64,000 nucleotides of DNA from contig NC_135821.1 in the NCBI RefSeq assembly GCF_964213995.1, forward strand, positions 8,432,001-8,496,000, in the 5' to 3' direction. This document shows, piece after piece, positions 52,682 to 64,000 of the stretch. The notes beneath the pieces are model-generated. The model was not told the DNA's origin. It did not search any database and worked only from the letters and a program-made list of their open reading frames with translations. The stretch comes from Mustelus asterias. Taxonomy: Eukaryota. Within the stretch, counting starts at the first letter, position 1. Every line of letters begins with the position of its first letter. Both the position numbers and the translations under genes were made by a program.

Positions 52682-52984
52682 GTGCGGGCCGCAGAGAGGC
52701 AGAGATATAATATATATAACCCCGGGGTAGAGAGCGGGACATATAGATAATATAACCCCGGGGTAGAGAGCGGGACATATAGATAATATAACCCCGGGGT
52801 AGAGGTATAAATCCAGAGCTAAGTAACCCGGGGATAGGGCGAGTTAAATACAGAGCCAGGGATGGCCTTACATATAGTTAACTTGGTTAGAGCCTGGGAT
52901 AGGGTTAACCAGAGATCAATACCCAGGATAGGGGGAGCTAAATACCCCAGGGTGGGGCAGGGACATAACCTGAGATACAGACAG

Positions 52985-53595
52985 CCAGAAATAACCCTGG
53001 GATAGAGAGAGAGAAATAATCCAGGATAGAGAGAGAGAAATAATCCAGGATAGAGAGAGAGAGAAATAATCCAGGATAGAGAGAGAGAAATAATCCAGGA
53101 TAGAGAGAGAGAAATAATCCAGGATAGAGAGAGAGAAATAATCCAGGATAGAGAGAGAGAAATAATCCAGGATAGAGAGAGAGAAATAATCCAGGATAGA
53201 GAGAGAGAAATAATCCAGGATAGAGAGAGAAATAATCCAGGAGAGAGAGAGAGAAACAGTCAGAGAGAGGGGGAGAAATAATCCAGGATAGAGAGAGAGA
53301 GAAATAATCCAGGAGAGAGAGAGAGAAATAATCCAGGAGAGAGAGAGAGAAATAATCCAAGAGAGAGAGAGAAATAATCCAGGAGAGAGAGAGAAATAAT
53401 CCAGGAGAGAGAGAGAGAAATAATCCAGGAGAGAGAGAGAGAAATAATCCAGGAGAGAGAGAGAGAAATAATCCAGGATAGAGAGAGAAATAATCCAGGA
53501 TAGAGAGAGAGAGAAATAATCCAGGATAGAGAGAGAGAAATAATCCAGGATAGAGAGAGAGAAATAATCCAGGAGAGAGAGAAATAACCTGAGAG
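52985..53595. repeat. (GA)n-AATAATCCAGGA compound repeat
   Basis: Direct reading. Confidence 0.95.
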
Positions 53596-53599
53596 ACTC

Positions 53600-54660
53600 C
53601 CCTTTCTGAGCCGAGGCATTGAATACAAAGGAAGGATATGATTACACTAGAGAGGGTGCAGAGGAGATTCACCAGGATGCTGCCTGGGCTGCAGCGTTTC
53701 AGCAATGACGATAGATTGGGGTCCATAGAATCATAGAAACCCTACAGTGCAGAAGGAGGCCATTCGGCCCATCGAGTCTGCACCGACCACAATCCCACCC
53801 AGGCCCTACCCATCCCTACGCATCCCAGGACTCTAAGGGGCAATTTTTTCAACCTGGCCAATCAACCTAACCCGCACATCTTTGGACTGTGGGAGGAAAC
53901 CGGAGCACCCGGAGGAAACCCACGCAGACACGAGGAGAATGTGCAAACTCCACACAGACAGTGACCCGAGCCGGGAATCGAACCCGGGACCCTGGAGCTG
54001 TGAAGCAGCAGTGCTAACCACTGTGCTACGTGTTTTCCTTACAGCAGAGAACGGGGTGGGGGGTGGCAAACCTGATTGAGGTGTACAAAATAATGAAGGC
54101 TATAGATAGGAAGAAGCCTTTCCACTTGCCAGAGAGGCCAATAACCAGGGGGCATAGATTTAAGGAAAGGGGCAGGTCACAAGTTGGCTTACATTCACAC
54201 TGCAATGAAGTTACTGTGAATATCTCCAAGTCGCCACGCTCCGGTTCCTGTTCAGGTACACTGAGGGAGAATTTAACATGGCCGCTCCACCTAACCCTGT
54301 GGGAGAAAACCAGAGCACCTGGAAGAAACCCATGCAGACACAGGGGAAATGTGCAGACTCCGCACAGACAGTGACCCAAGCTGGGAATTGAACCTGGGTC
54401 CGTGGTGCTGAGAGGCAGCAGTGCTAACCACTGTGCCACCGATTTGAGGAATAGCTTTTTCACTCAGAGGGTGGTGGGAATCTGGAACTCTCTGCCTGAA
54501 AGGGTGGTAGAGGCGGGAACCCTCACAACATTGAAGAAGCATTTAGATGAGCACTTGAAACGCCGTAGCGCACATGGCTACAGACCAAGAGATGGAAATT
54601 GGGATTAGAATAGATCAGTGCTTGATGGCCGGTACGGACATGATGTGCTGAAGGGCTCAA
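53600..54660 (+). mobile_element. old CR1 3' fragment interrupted by two minus-strand HE1-like SINEs (~53725-54030, ~54175-54440)
   Basis: LERVQRRFTRMLPG / LIEVYKIMK..TRGHRFK / RNSFFTQRVVGIWNSLP pieces are collinear around the SINEs. Confidence 0.8.
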
Positions 54661-54751
54661 TGATTGAGAGAAATAAGCCGGGGTTGAGAAAGAGGCAACT
54701 AACCTGCGATAGACCTAAACCAGGGAAGAGAAGGGAGAACTAAGCTACGAT

Positions 54752-55012
54752 TGTCTGTGTGGAGTTTGCACATTCTCCTCGTGTCTGCGTGGGTTTCCTC
54801 CGGGTGCTCCGGTTTCCTCCCACAGTGCAAAGATGTGCGGGTTAGGTTGATTGGCCATGCTAAAATTGCCCCTTAGTGTCTTGAGATGCGTAGGTTAGAG
54901 GGATTAGTGGGTAAAATACGTAGGGATATGGGGATAGGGCCTGGGTGGGATTGTGGTCGGTGCAGACTCTATGGGCCGAATGGCCTCTTTCTGTACTGTA
55001 GGGTTTCTATGA
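54752..55012 (+). mobile_element. HE1-like SINE, 5' truncated
   Basis: Plus-orientation copy. Confidence 0.85.
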
Positions 55013-55322
55013 TTGAGGGCTTTCTGAATACTTCCCCTTGTGCTGGGTTACAGGGTGCTCTGTTCCTTCAACCAATCCCCTTTTTGTTCCTGCATGTCAA
55101 CAATTAACTCGGCTAATGACCATAAAAATGCGCAGAATGGCAATAAAGTCTGCAGTTGAAGACAATAAGCCCCGCATGGCTTAGAGTTCCACAAGTGCAT
55201 AGTTTGTTAGTTTAAACACCAGGTGTAGAACTTCTGTACAGGCTAAATGCTTTTTCTAAAATGCTTTTTCTAGTTTTAATGCAGGCTTTCTCTAAGATCT
55301 CTGCATCTTTTTCCCATTGTAG

Positions 55323-55454
55323 ACTGAGAGAGCTTACCAAAAGCAGCCCACCATCTTCCAGAACAAGAAGAGGGCACTTGTGGGCGAAGGCAGCAAGGAA
55401 AAGCTTCCCCGCTACTATCGTAACGTAGGCCTGGGTTTCAAAACTCCACGCGAG
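55323..55454 (+). CDS. RPS11: RPS11 exon 2
   Basis: [26 protein letters not shown]. Confidence 0.97.
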
Positions 55455-56069
55455 GTGAGGTTCCAGCAGGCACGCTGGCTGTTGTGAGGGTTGCTACGTG
55501 GTGAAAAGCAGGTGAGGGGACTGGGCACAGCAAGGAACTCTGGCGATGCCATTCCTGCTTGGCTAAATGTAACCTGACAAATCGGAACCTGCCTTGGCAT
55601 CAAAGGACAGCGGGGCGATGGTGAACGGCCACAATGTGTGTTTGGCTGTGACTTTGTCCCTATTGACTCCGAGCGCAATCTTTGGGAAATCTTTAACTGA
55701 GATTTAACATTGTGAATTTTCCCATTCTTGCCCCTGCTGTGACACCTCCCTGAAGAAGGGGCTACGGTTGTGCCTGAGGTTGCCTCCTCCAGCACCTTGC
55801 TCTGATTGTTAGCGGAGTAGATGCTTTATACAATTTGTCCTGGAAATGTGTGGAATTACTGAGTCTGCTAATTGCAGCCCAACCACCCTGATTGGGCAGA
55901 AACCCCCCGGGGAAGCAGTGAGCGAGGTTTACTGCTGAGTGTTTCAGTGCGGTGGCTGCTGCGATTGGACAGTGAGCTCTTTCACACTCTGTATAAACTG
56001 CTGGACTGTTATGTTTTGACCTGGCATCTTGTGGTAAACTGACTGTGTTTCCAGATGGTGGGCGTTGGG

Positions 56070-56151
56070 GCTGCAAATGATGTTCATTCTCACGATGGTC
56101 TTCCAAGTCCAAGACACTGACGACATTGCCTAATGGCTTTACTGATGCAGC
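56070..56151 (+). ncRNA. SNORD35: box C/D snoRNA U35
   Basis: Terminal stem GCTGCA/TGCAGC, box C ATGATG, guide CTCACGATGGTCT complementary to 28S AGACCGUCGUGAG, box D CTGA; RPS11 hosts SNORD35B in human. Confidence 0.88.
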
Positions 56152-56224
56152 TCTCTGAGCCATTACTCCAGCCCATCTCTCCATAATTCTCCACTTACAT
56201 AGTGTGGTCCTTTCTGTCTCCTAG

Positions 56225-56350
<126 letters not shown>

Positions 56351-56938
56351 TGAATGGGACGCTGTATATATCCTGAGGTCCCGACATTGTGTTGGGTGTC
56401 CCTTGTTTGGTTCTTGACCTTTCCCCTGTTGGGTGAAGGTCATTGACAGCGAGGCTACGGACACTTCTAATCTCAGCTTCTCAATGGATTGAGTGCCACC
56501 TTTCCTGCCGACTCTTTCAGTTTGCACCCACACACTCACCCCCCCCTCCCCTCCTGCTTGTGTTCTGGGAGTTGTTGAAAATGTCGATTACCATTTCTGT
56601 TTGTGATTGTTAATCTTAAGGAAGGAAGATGGGAATTGGCCTGAAATATTTCACTATCCAGGAGAACGAGCATCAACACCATTCCGTTTAATAACGTAAT
56701 TGTAAAGGAATAATTGTCAGGTGTTCGCAAACCACCTCCCCCTCCCCACACACACACACACACACGGGTGCTAAACTTTGAACAGCGCTGATATAATAGG
56801 TGAGGATCTGCAGCCTGGAAGCTCTGCTCTTTCCCTCGAGGAGCGAATGCAGACTCTGAGGCTTGTGCTGCAGTTGTGTAGGACAGAAAGCAGTTCCTTC
56901 TGGTGTTCGCCTAGAATCGCAGCTTTTAGCTTGGCTGA

Positions 56939-57208
<270 letters not shown>

Positions 57209-57274
57209 TAAGCCTGTGTCTCGGGTCTGTTGGGTTTGTGCTGTGTACACAGTCTGTGCACTGTTTGGGGGCGA

Positions 57275-57352
57275 TGGGTGATGATACTGAAACCCACAAT
57301 GGTCTCCAGAATGAGAAAGAGACTGGCAGCACCAAGTGCCATTCCCTGAGCA
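57275..57352 (+). ncRNA. divergent U35-like box C/D snoRNA candidate
   Basis: GTGATGA box C, CCCACAATGGTCT (11/13 to U35 guide), CTGA box D at U35-like spacing; no clear terminal stem. Confidence 0.4.
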
Positions 57353-57469
57353 AAGTGTCTGCTGCACGCTCGCTGTCTGTCTCTCTGCAGAAGTGAAAAT
57401 GTTGAACCATTTTCATGTCTTCCCTTTTGGAAGCACTTCTTCGATTCAGTGGCTGTCGCAGTATTCCTG

Positions 57470-58039
57470 ATGTGGAGATGCTGGCATTGGACTGGGGTAA
57501 ACACAGAAAGAAGTTTAACAACACCAGGTTAAAGTCCAACAGGTTTATTTGGTAGCAAAAGCCACAAGCTTTTGGAGCCTTAAGTCCCTTCTTCAGGTGA
57601 GTGGGAATTCCCACTCACCTGAAGAAGGGGCTTAAGGCTCCAAAAGCTTGTGGCTTTTGCTACCAAAATAGAATAGAATCCCTACAGTACAGAAAGAGGC
57701 CATTTGGCCCATCGAGTCTGCACCGACCACAATCCCACCCAGGCCCTACCCCCATATCCCTACACATTTACCCACTAATCCCTCTAACCTACGCATCTCA
57801 GGACATTAAGGGCAATTTTAGCATGGCCAATCAACCTAACCCGCACATCTTTGGACTGTGGGAGGAAACCGGAGCACCCGGAGGAAACCCACACAGACAC
57901 GAGGAGAATGTGCAAACTCCACACAGACAGTGACCCGAGCCGGGAATCGAACCCAGGTCCCTGGAGTGAAGCAGCAGTGCTAACCACTGTGCTACCGTGC
58001 CGCCCTGTTGGACTTTAACCTGGTGTTGTTAAACTTTTT
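57470..58039. mobile_element. miniature palindromic Penelope-end element with nested HE1-like SINE (57669-58003)
   Basis: Palindrome centred on GAATTC 57605-57610; 12-bp TSD GCAGTATTCCTG (57458-57469, 58040-58051). Confidence 0.85.
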
Positions 58040-58438
58040 GCAGTATTCCTGGCCAGTGTTCCTGAACCCCAGTCAGACTGGATGAGGAAACTTTCTCCTC
58101 GCGTACACACTAGGGTGGATATATGGAGAGGGCAGTCCCATCTGAAATGGGTTAATTTATGGACGGGACCGGGGGTTTGTTGGTTTCACCCATAGCAGCA
58201 GAGCACGTTTGCTTAGAAATTGCTCCTCTTTCCCCCTCATTTAGAATTTGGGAGGGGGGGGCGGAATTTGTTCTTCACTTATACGACTAGCAGCCTTTCG
58301 AGGCGCAGGCACAGGTCTCCCCTCAATGGCAGTGGGAGGCGATGGGGCAAGACCAGTGGGTTGGGGGGTGGTGGAATGATTAATGACTCCTGCTGCGACA
58401 GCTCGTTCCATTAAAGCTGTGTTTAGTGGACTCATTGA

Positions 58439-58609
<171 letters not shown>

Positions 58610-58634
58610 ATATGATGTAAAGTAAATCAGCCGC

Positions 58635-58640
58635 AATAAA
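58635..58640 (+). terminator. RPS11 polyadenylation signal
   Basis: AATAAA 25 nt after the stop, followed by a GT-rich element. Confidence 0.85.
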
Positions 58641-59517
58641 TCCTTTGTGAACGGACACTGTGTTGTGTGAATGTGAGGTGTTTTCTATTGCTGCTAATGT
58701 TAATACTGCTTGGCTGAGGTGTTTGTATTAAATCAGCACAGTATACTGGGGTTTGCACCAGATTTTATTTTGTAATGAATTCAATTTGATCTGGGCGTGG
58801 TCCAGTTGAAAATCTGAGGCTGGGTAGGTGTGCCATATTACACATCTCGATAGCTCCAAATAAACCCCCGCACGATGGGGCTCGAGTATCACAATGTTAC
58901 TGGTTTCTGGGTACTTCTTCAGCTGATTGGTACTGGGGTAACTCAGTAATATCTGCACTCTGGTTTTGAGCACTATGTTAAATCAGGTGCTGAGTGGCTG
59001 GTTTCCTCTGTGGGATCTTGCTGTGCCCAGTCAGCTGGTGCACCTGTCTGGGCAACAATGACACCGACAGAGTGACCTCTCAGCGCACCCAGCAACTTCC
59101 CCACTGCCAACCCGGGGGATTGGTTTGCCCAGTTTACCTGAGATGGCGTCGTTAACACTCAGTCATTGATCAAGCTTGTCTGAGAGTGGAAACCTGTAAC
59201 CTGCCCTTTCATGTCTGAGACTGAGTGGATGGGGTAGAACAGTTGCTACTTGCCTCGGGTAAGGGAGGGCTTGTACTGTCCTTGTTCCTCTTGTTCCCCA
59301 CTTCAGTTTTATTAGGCTTCGGCCAGTGATAAGTTTCAGTAAAACTGGCACCGGTGGTGTAGAGAGTTCGGTGATTATTCAGTTTAATGGAGGTATAGTT
59401 CACTGGTTGGCTTGCAGGAGTTTGTGTGTAGCAGTGACAGACAAGAGCCAAGCAGTGCTATGGATTCAATATCATTGAGCAGTGGTGGAAGAATCGGGCA
59501 GTGTTTTTCAGTGATTA

Positions 59518-59645
59518 TCAGAAGCCCATTCTGCTTCCGGCAGTGTCTTGGTCGTACACCACCCCCACCTGCCTTCGCGCCTCATCTAAAATGCTCATTA
59601 TCAGCTCACTCTCAGCCAGCGGCAGATCGGGGCATTCCTTCAGCC
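59518..59645 (-). CDS. DHDH: dihydrodiol dehydrogenase last exon
   Basis: [34 protein letters not shown]. Confidence 0.88.
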
Positions 59646-59756
59646 CTGCAATAAAAACACAACAGGTTAGGAAGCACTAGGCTCCTGTCCGAGTCCCCAT
59701 GGCTCAAATCTCAGTGCTACTAAATTTTCCAGTCCGATGGGTCAGTAACAGGTCAG

Positions 59757-60117
59757 AGGGGAGGCGATGGCCTAGCGGTATTATTGCTAGAGTATTAATC
59801 CAGAAACTCAGCCAACGTCCTGGGGACCCGGGTTCGAATCTCATCACTGCAGATGGTGGAATTTCAATTCCAAAAAAATCAATCTGGAATTAAAAAGCTA
59901 CTGATGACCGTGAAACCATTGTCGATTGTCGGGAAAAACCCATCTGGTTCACTAATGTCCTTCAGGGAAGGAAATCTGCTGTCCTTACCTGGTCTGGCCT
60001 ACATGTGACTCCAGAGCCACAGTAATGTGGTTGACTCCCCTGCTCTCGGGCAACTAGGGATGGGCAATAAACGCTGGCCAGCCAGCAACGCCCATGTCCC
60101 ACGAATGAATAAAAAAA
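59757..60117 (+). mobile_element. tRNA-derived SINE, second family
   Basis: GATGGCCTAGCGG...GGTTCGAATC head, A-rich tail; homologous to 2146-2470. Confidence 0.75.
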
Positions 60118-60337
60118 ATAACATCCATGTAGGAATGATTCACTCCCTGATCTGGCAGCTCAGCAGAGCTGTGACTATAATAAATCCCCACCACTCTGTC
60201 CTCCTTCAAACTCCGTATTCTGCTAAGTATACGGTGAACCCTTCTCCGCGCTGTTCAGAACGCATTAACAAAGGGGTAGGGTTATTGTGGCCTATCTACT
60301 GGGTAGGTGGGGTCCTGTGTAACAGGAGGGCAGTTAC

Positions 60338-60488
60338 CTTTCTGAAGACACTGTCGCACTCGCTCAGCTTCGTAGCGCAAGCCTGTACTGTTCGTGAAGT
60401 TGAGGGGCTGAGGCGGAGCTGGCAGCGGGAACTCCTGCCTCTTCCCGTTCACCACCAGACTTGTGGGACACCACATAAAACCTGGGAC
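60338..60488 (-). CDS. DHDH: DHDH exon
   Basis: VPGFMWCPTSLVVNGKRQEFPLP..NFTNSTGLRYEAERVRQCLQK. Confidence 0.92.
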
Positions 60489-60574
60489 CTTGGAGAAATC
60501 AAACGTGTCACAATAGAAAACCACGTTCTCTCAGGCTGACTTTTTTTTGTTGCTGATTTAATCTTTTGGAGAAT

Positions 60575-61000
60575 GGAATGAGAACGGTTGAAGACTCTGG
60601 GTCTGTACTCGGAGTTTAGAAGGATGGGCGGGAGGGATCTTATTGAAACTTACAGGATACTGTGAGGCCTGGATAGAGTGGACGTGGAGAGGATGTTTCC
60701 ACTAGTAGGAAAAACTAGAACCAGAGGGCACAACCTCGGGCTAAAGGGACGATCCTTTAAAACCGAGATGAGGAATTTCTTCAGCCGGAGAGTGGTGAAT
60801 CTGTGGAACTCTTTGCCGCAGAAGGCTGTGGAGGCCAGGTCATTGAGTGTCTTTAAGACAGAGATAGATAGGTTCTTGATTAATCAGGGGTTATGGGGAA
60901 AAGGCAGGAGAATGGAGATCAGAAAAATATCAGCCATGATTGAACGGCAGAGCAGACTCAATGGGCCGAGTGGCCTAATTCTGCTCCTATGTCTTATGGT
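60575..61000 (+). mobile_element. CR1 LINE 3' fragment
   Basis: TRTRGHNL..RVVNLWNSLP. Confidence 0.85.
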
Positions 61001-61153
61001 CTAATTTCACCCCCCATCACATGGTCAGCACTGGTCTGAGAATCAGTAGCCAGTGACTGCAGGCTGCCTGGGGAGACAGAGTGGTCCTGGGGAGACAGAG
61101 TGGTGATATGTGTGCCACCTGCAATATCCTGTGGGATCACACATGAAGATTGG

Positions 61154-61280
61154 GGGTGGGATTTTCCAGCTACACTCGCCCCAAAATCAGACAATCCCGC
61201 CCGAGGTCAATGGACCTTTGCATAGTCTGCCCCTCGCCTGCTCCGATTCCCACGGTGGGCAGGACGGGAAAATTCTGCCC
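61154..61280. mobile_element. short MITE-like element
   Basis: Imperfect terminal inverted repeats GGGTGGGATTTTCC / GGAAAATTCTGCCC. Confidence 0.55.
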
Positions 61281-61740
61281 TGGTAATGACTGCAGTCTGG
61301 CTGCTGACAGAACTGCCCAGTGGGACCGACTGAGTTAAGGTTCATTGGTGAGGAGGTTAAAGATTGTGGTGTTGGTCTAAGTGCTGGGAGTCTGTGACCC
61401 TGGAGAGGAGGACATTCCGCGTGAACTGTCCAGCTCCATGTGATTGGGTAATTATATCACAGGCTCCATTAATAAAAGGAATGGTACAGTGCTGTACACA
61501 CTGCTCACACAGTCCTCTGTCATTACATTTGCTGTTGTGTCCCTGGAAAGGCAGTCTGCATCGAGAGACCTCTTTAACCTCATTCCGTTTTGATGTTTTA
61601 CGTTTTCTTTGGCGTTCGATTTACTTTGCAGTTTCCCTTTAAGAAGCTTCCTTTCAATTTATCCCTCAATTTGTTGATTTTGTTCATTTGGTTAACCCAA
61701 AGAGGCGCACAAGTGGGTAAGAGCAGAGCGAGAAAGTTAC

Positions 61741-61865
61741 CGTGATTGTCCCCTTTGTCCCACTGATTGTTGCCTGGTTAGCAAGCTGTATTGCCATGGT
61801 TACAGTTACCAGGGCCATACGTTTTCTGGAGTACTTCAGTACGATGGTCACTGCTTCATCAACAC
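61741..61865 (-). CDS. DHDH: DHDH exon
   Basis: GVDEAVTIVLKY..LANQATISGTKGTIT. Confidence 0.92.
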
Positions 61866-62084
61866 CTGCAGAGATAGAACAGGAGCAAGTTATAAAGATC
61901 CTGGTCAGGAACCCTTCCATCATCTGGAAGTAGACTGGCGATGGACGGTATAGCTCACTCATACACACCAGGACTCAGCATGGACAGTATATCTCGGAGA
62001 AAAGCAGAGACTGAGTGTTTTGGAGTGAGAAGTGAAAGATTAGGTGGGTATTAACTGTCTCTGGATGGCTAATTCTGTACTTGC

Positions 62085-62337
62085 CTTTCTCGGTCAGGAA
62101 TCCTGTGGCTTGTACAGACTCTGGTTTCTCCCCACTGAACACCATGCAGACAAACTGTAGGCAGTAACAGCCAATGTCGAGCAACACTCCTCCGCCCAAC
62201 TCTTTCTCCACCAGCCGTGGCGTCTGCAGCATGCACGTCCCAAACTCAGCTTTAACCATTTTGACCTCCCCCAAGTCATTCTGGGACAGTAGACCCCGGA
62301 TGGCGTTAGAGACGGGGAAAAACCGGGTCCATAAACC
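62085..62337 (-). CDS. DHDH: DHDH exon (upstream exons outside window)
   Basis: GLWTRFFP..GGGVLLDIGCYCLQF (Gfo/Idh/MocA); ends in AAG|GCAAGT. Confidence 0.92.
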
Positions 62338-62537
62338 CTGTCGATACAAAGCCCAGAATCAGGTAACAGAGAAACTCACTGCTCATGATTGACACATTCT
62401 CAGAATCAACTCTCAACAGAATTTACCATACTCCTGAGAATGCAGAAGGTGTTTAAGTGCAGAGACAGTGCACCTCATACAGCTAGAACTTCCTTTTTAT
62501 TCGTTCACGGGACATAGGCATCACCGCCTAGCCATTA

Positions 62538-62705
62538 CCTGTAAAGACTCGCATTCCAACCATTATCTTGTAAATTGAGTTTGTGTTTGTTTATGCCGTG
62601 TTTGTGAACACAACTCCTCACCTGAAGAAGGAGCTTGAGACTCCGAAAGCTCGTGCTGCCAAACAAACCTGTTGGACTTTAACCTGGTGTTGAGAGACTT
62701 CTTAC
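62538..62705 (+). mobile_element. Penelope terminal fragment with intact hammerhead motif (62619-62655)
   Basis: CAC-CTGAAGA-A-GGAG cttgaga CTCC-GAAA-GC-TC-GTG followed by CCTGTTGGACTTTAACCTGGTGTTG. Confidence 0.75.
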
Positions 62706-63739
62706 AGCATTTATTGCCCATCTCTAGTTGGAGGGCAGTTGAGGGTCAACCACATTGCTGTGGCTCTGGAGTCATATGTAGGCCAGGCCGGGTAAGGACA
62801 GCAGATTTCCTTCCCTGAAGGACATTAGTGAACTGCCCAATAGCATTGAGCTACACAGTCACAGCCAGAACATCAGGGGGTCATAGATTCAAGTCACACT
62901 CCAGGACCCTTTTTACAATTAATTTGTGGGATTAGGGATGGGCAATCAGTACTGATCTGACCAGTGATGCTCACAATCTAATGATGAAGACAAAAAATGT
63001 GGGCATTGCTGACTAGGCCAGCATTTATTGGACATTAAAATAAAAACAACATACTGCAGATGCCAGAAACCTGAAATAAAAACAAAATTCCGGAGAAACT
63101 CAGCAGATTTGGCAGAGAGTCAGACAGACTCTACAGGCGCTGCCAGACCTGCTGCATATCCTGTTACAGACATCCCTAATTACCCTTCAGAAGATGGTGA
63201 AAAACCACCTTCTTGAACAGCTGCAGTCTATGCGATGTAGGTACAACCACAGTGCTGATAGGGAGGGCATTCCAGGATTTTGGCCCAGTGGCAATGATGA
63301 TATAACTCCAGATCAGGATGGTGTGTGGCTTGGAGGAGATCTTCCATGTGGTGGTGATCCCATTTGCCTGCTGCCCTTGTCCTAGATGGCAGAGGACGTG
63401 GTTTTTGGAAGTGATGTTGAAAGAACATCATCCAGGCTGCTCCTTCAGTGCAATACCTTGGAAGTGCTGCTCTGGCAGAGGGACAGTCTTTTCAATATTA
63501 ACCGATCTATTCTCTCAGATTCAAAGCCTTTTCTTGAAGAATTGTAAAGAATCCTCCTGATTTCCAATACTGCCCCCTCAAGCACACCATTAAAAAGAAT
63601 AACATTTCATCATGGGATCTTACTGTGTACAAAATAGTTATGCTTTTATGTTTTCACGGTGTTAGAGATGTTGACAAGATCCAATGCCAAAATGAAGCTT
63701 AATTTGAATATATTCAAGAAAGGAGTGAGTTAGCCTGAC

Positions 63740-64000
63740 ATCAATCATTGGCAAGTACTGGAATCTTACTAAGGAAGTCTTAACAATTCACTTAGAAAAG
63801 CATAATATGATTAGAAGTCAAGATGATTTTATAAAAGGGAAATTCTGTTTGATAAATTTATTCGAGTTCTATGAGGATGTAACAAGCAGGGTGGGTAAAG
63901 GGGAACCAGTAGATGCAGCGCATTTAGATTCCCAGAAGGTCTTTGATAGGATTTCACAGAGAAGGTAAATGTTGGGGGTGATTTATTAGCAGGGATAGAG
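63740..64000 (+). mobile_element. degenerate CR1 RT fragment
   Basis: KGKFCLINLFEFYEDV..GEPVD..LDSQKVFD. Confidence 0.7.

Overview
Eukaryotic (vertebrate) genomic DNA, most likely a cartilaginous fish, inferred from abundant HE1-like tRNA-SINEs, CR1 LINEs and shark-type minisatellites. I could reconstruct spliced genes by hand. They are: the first coding exon of an unidentified minus-strand gene (ATG 13157); THAP7-like (minus, 4 coding exons, 351 aa) head-to-head with ZBTB45 (plus, 2 coding exons, 609 aa) across a CpG island; RPS11 (plus, 5 exons, 158 aa) hosting SNORD35 and a divergent second copy; and the last four exons of DHDH (minus, with a GC-AG intron). The long low-complexity ORFs are translations of tandem repeats, not genes. 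The most notable non-obvious signals are: a family of Penelope-type insertions with inverted/palindromic architecture carrying minimal hammerhead ribozyme motifs, one intact and in sense inside the THAP7 pre-mRNA; a ~240-bp inverted duplication bracketing a stop-containing cassette exon; a 33-bp minisatellite in opposite orientations on either side of the ZBTB45 zinc-finger exon; and a 75-bp minisatellite apparently amplified from a MITE end. Repeat boundaries are approximate; exon boundaries were read from splice sites and phase.
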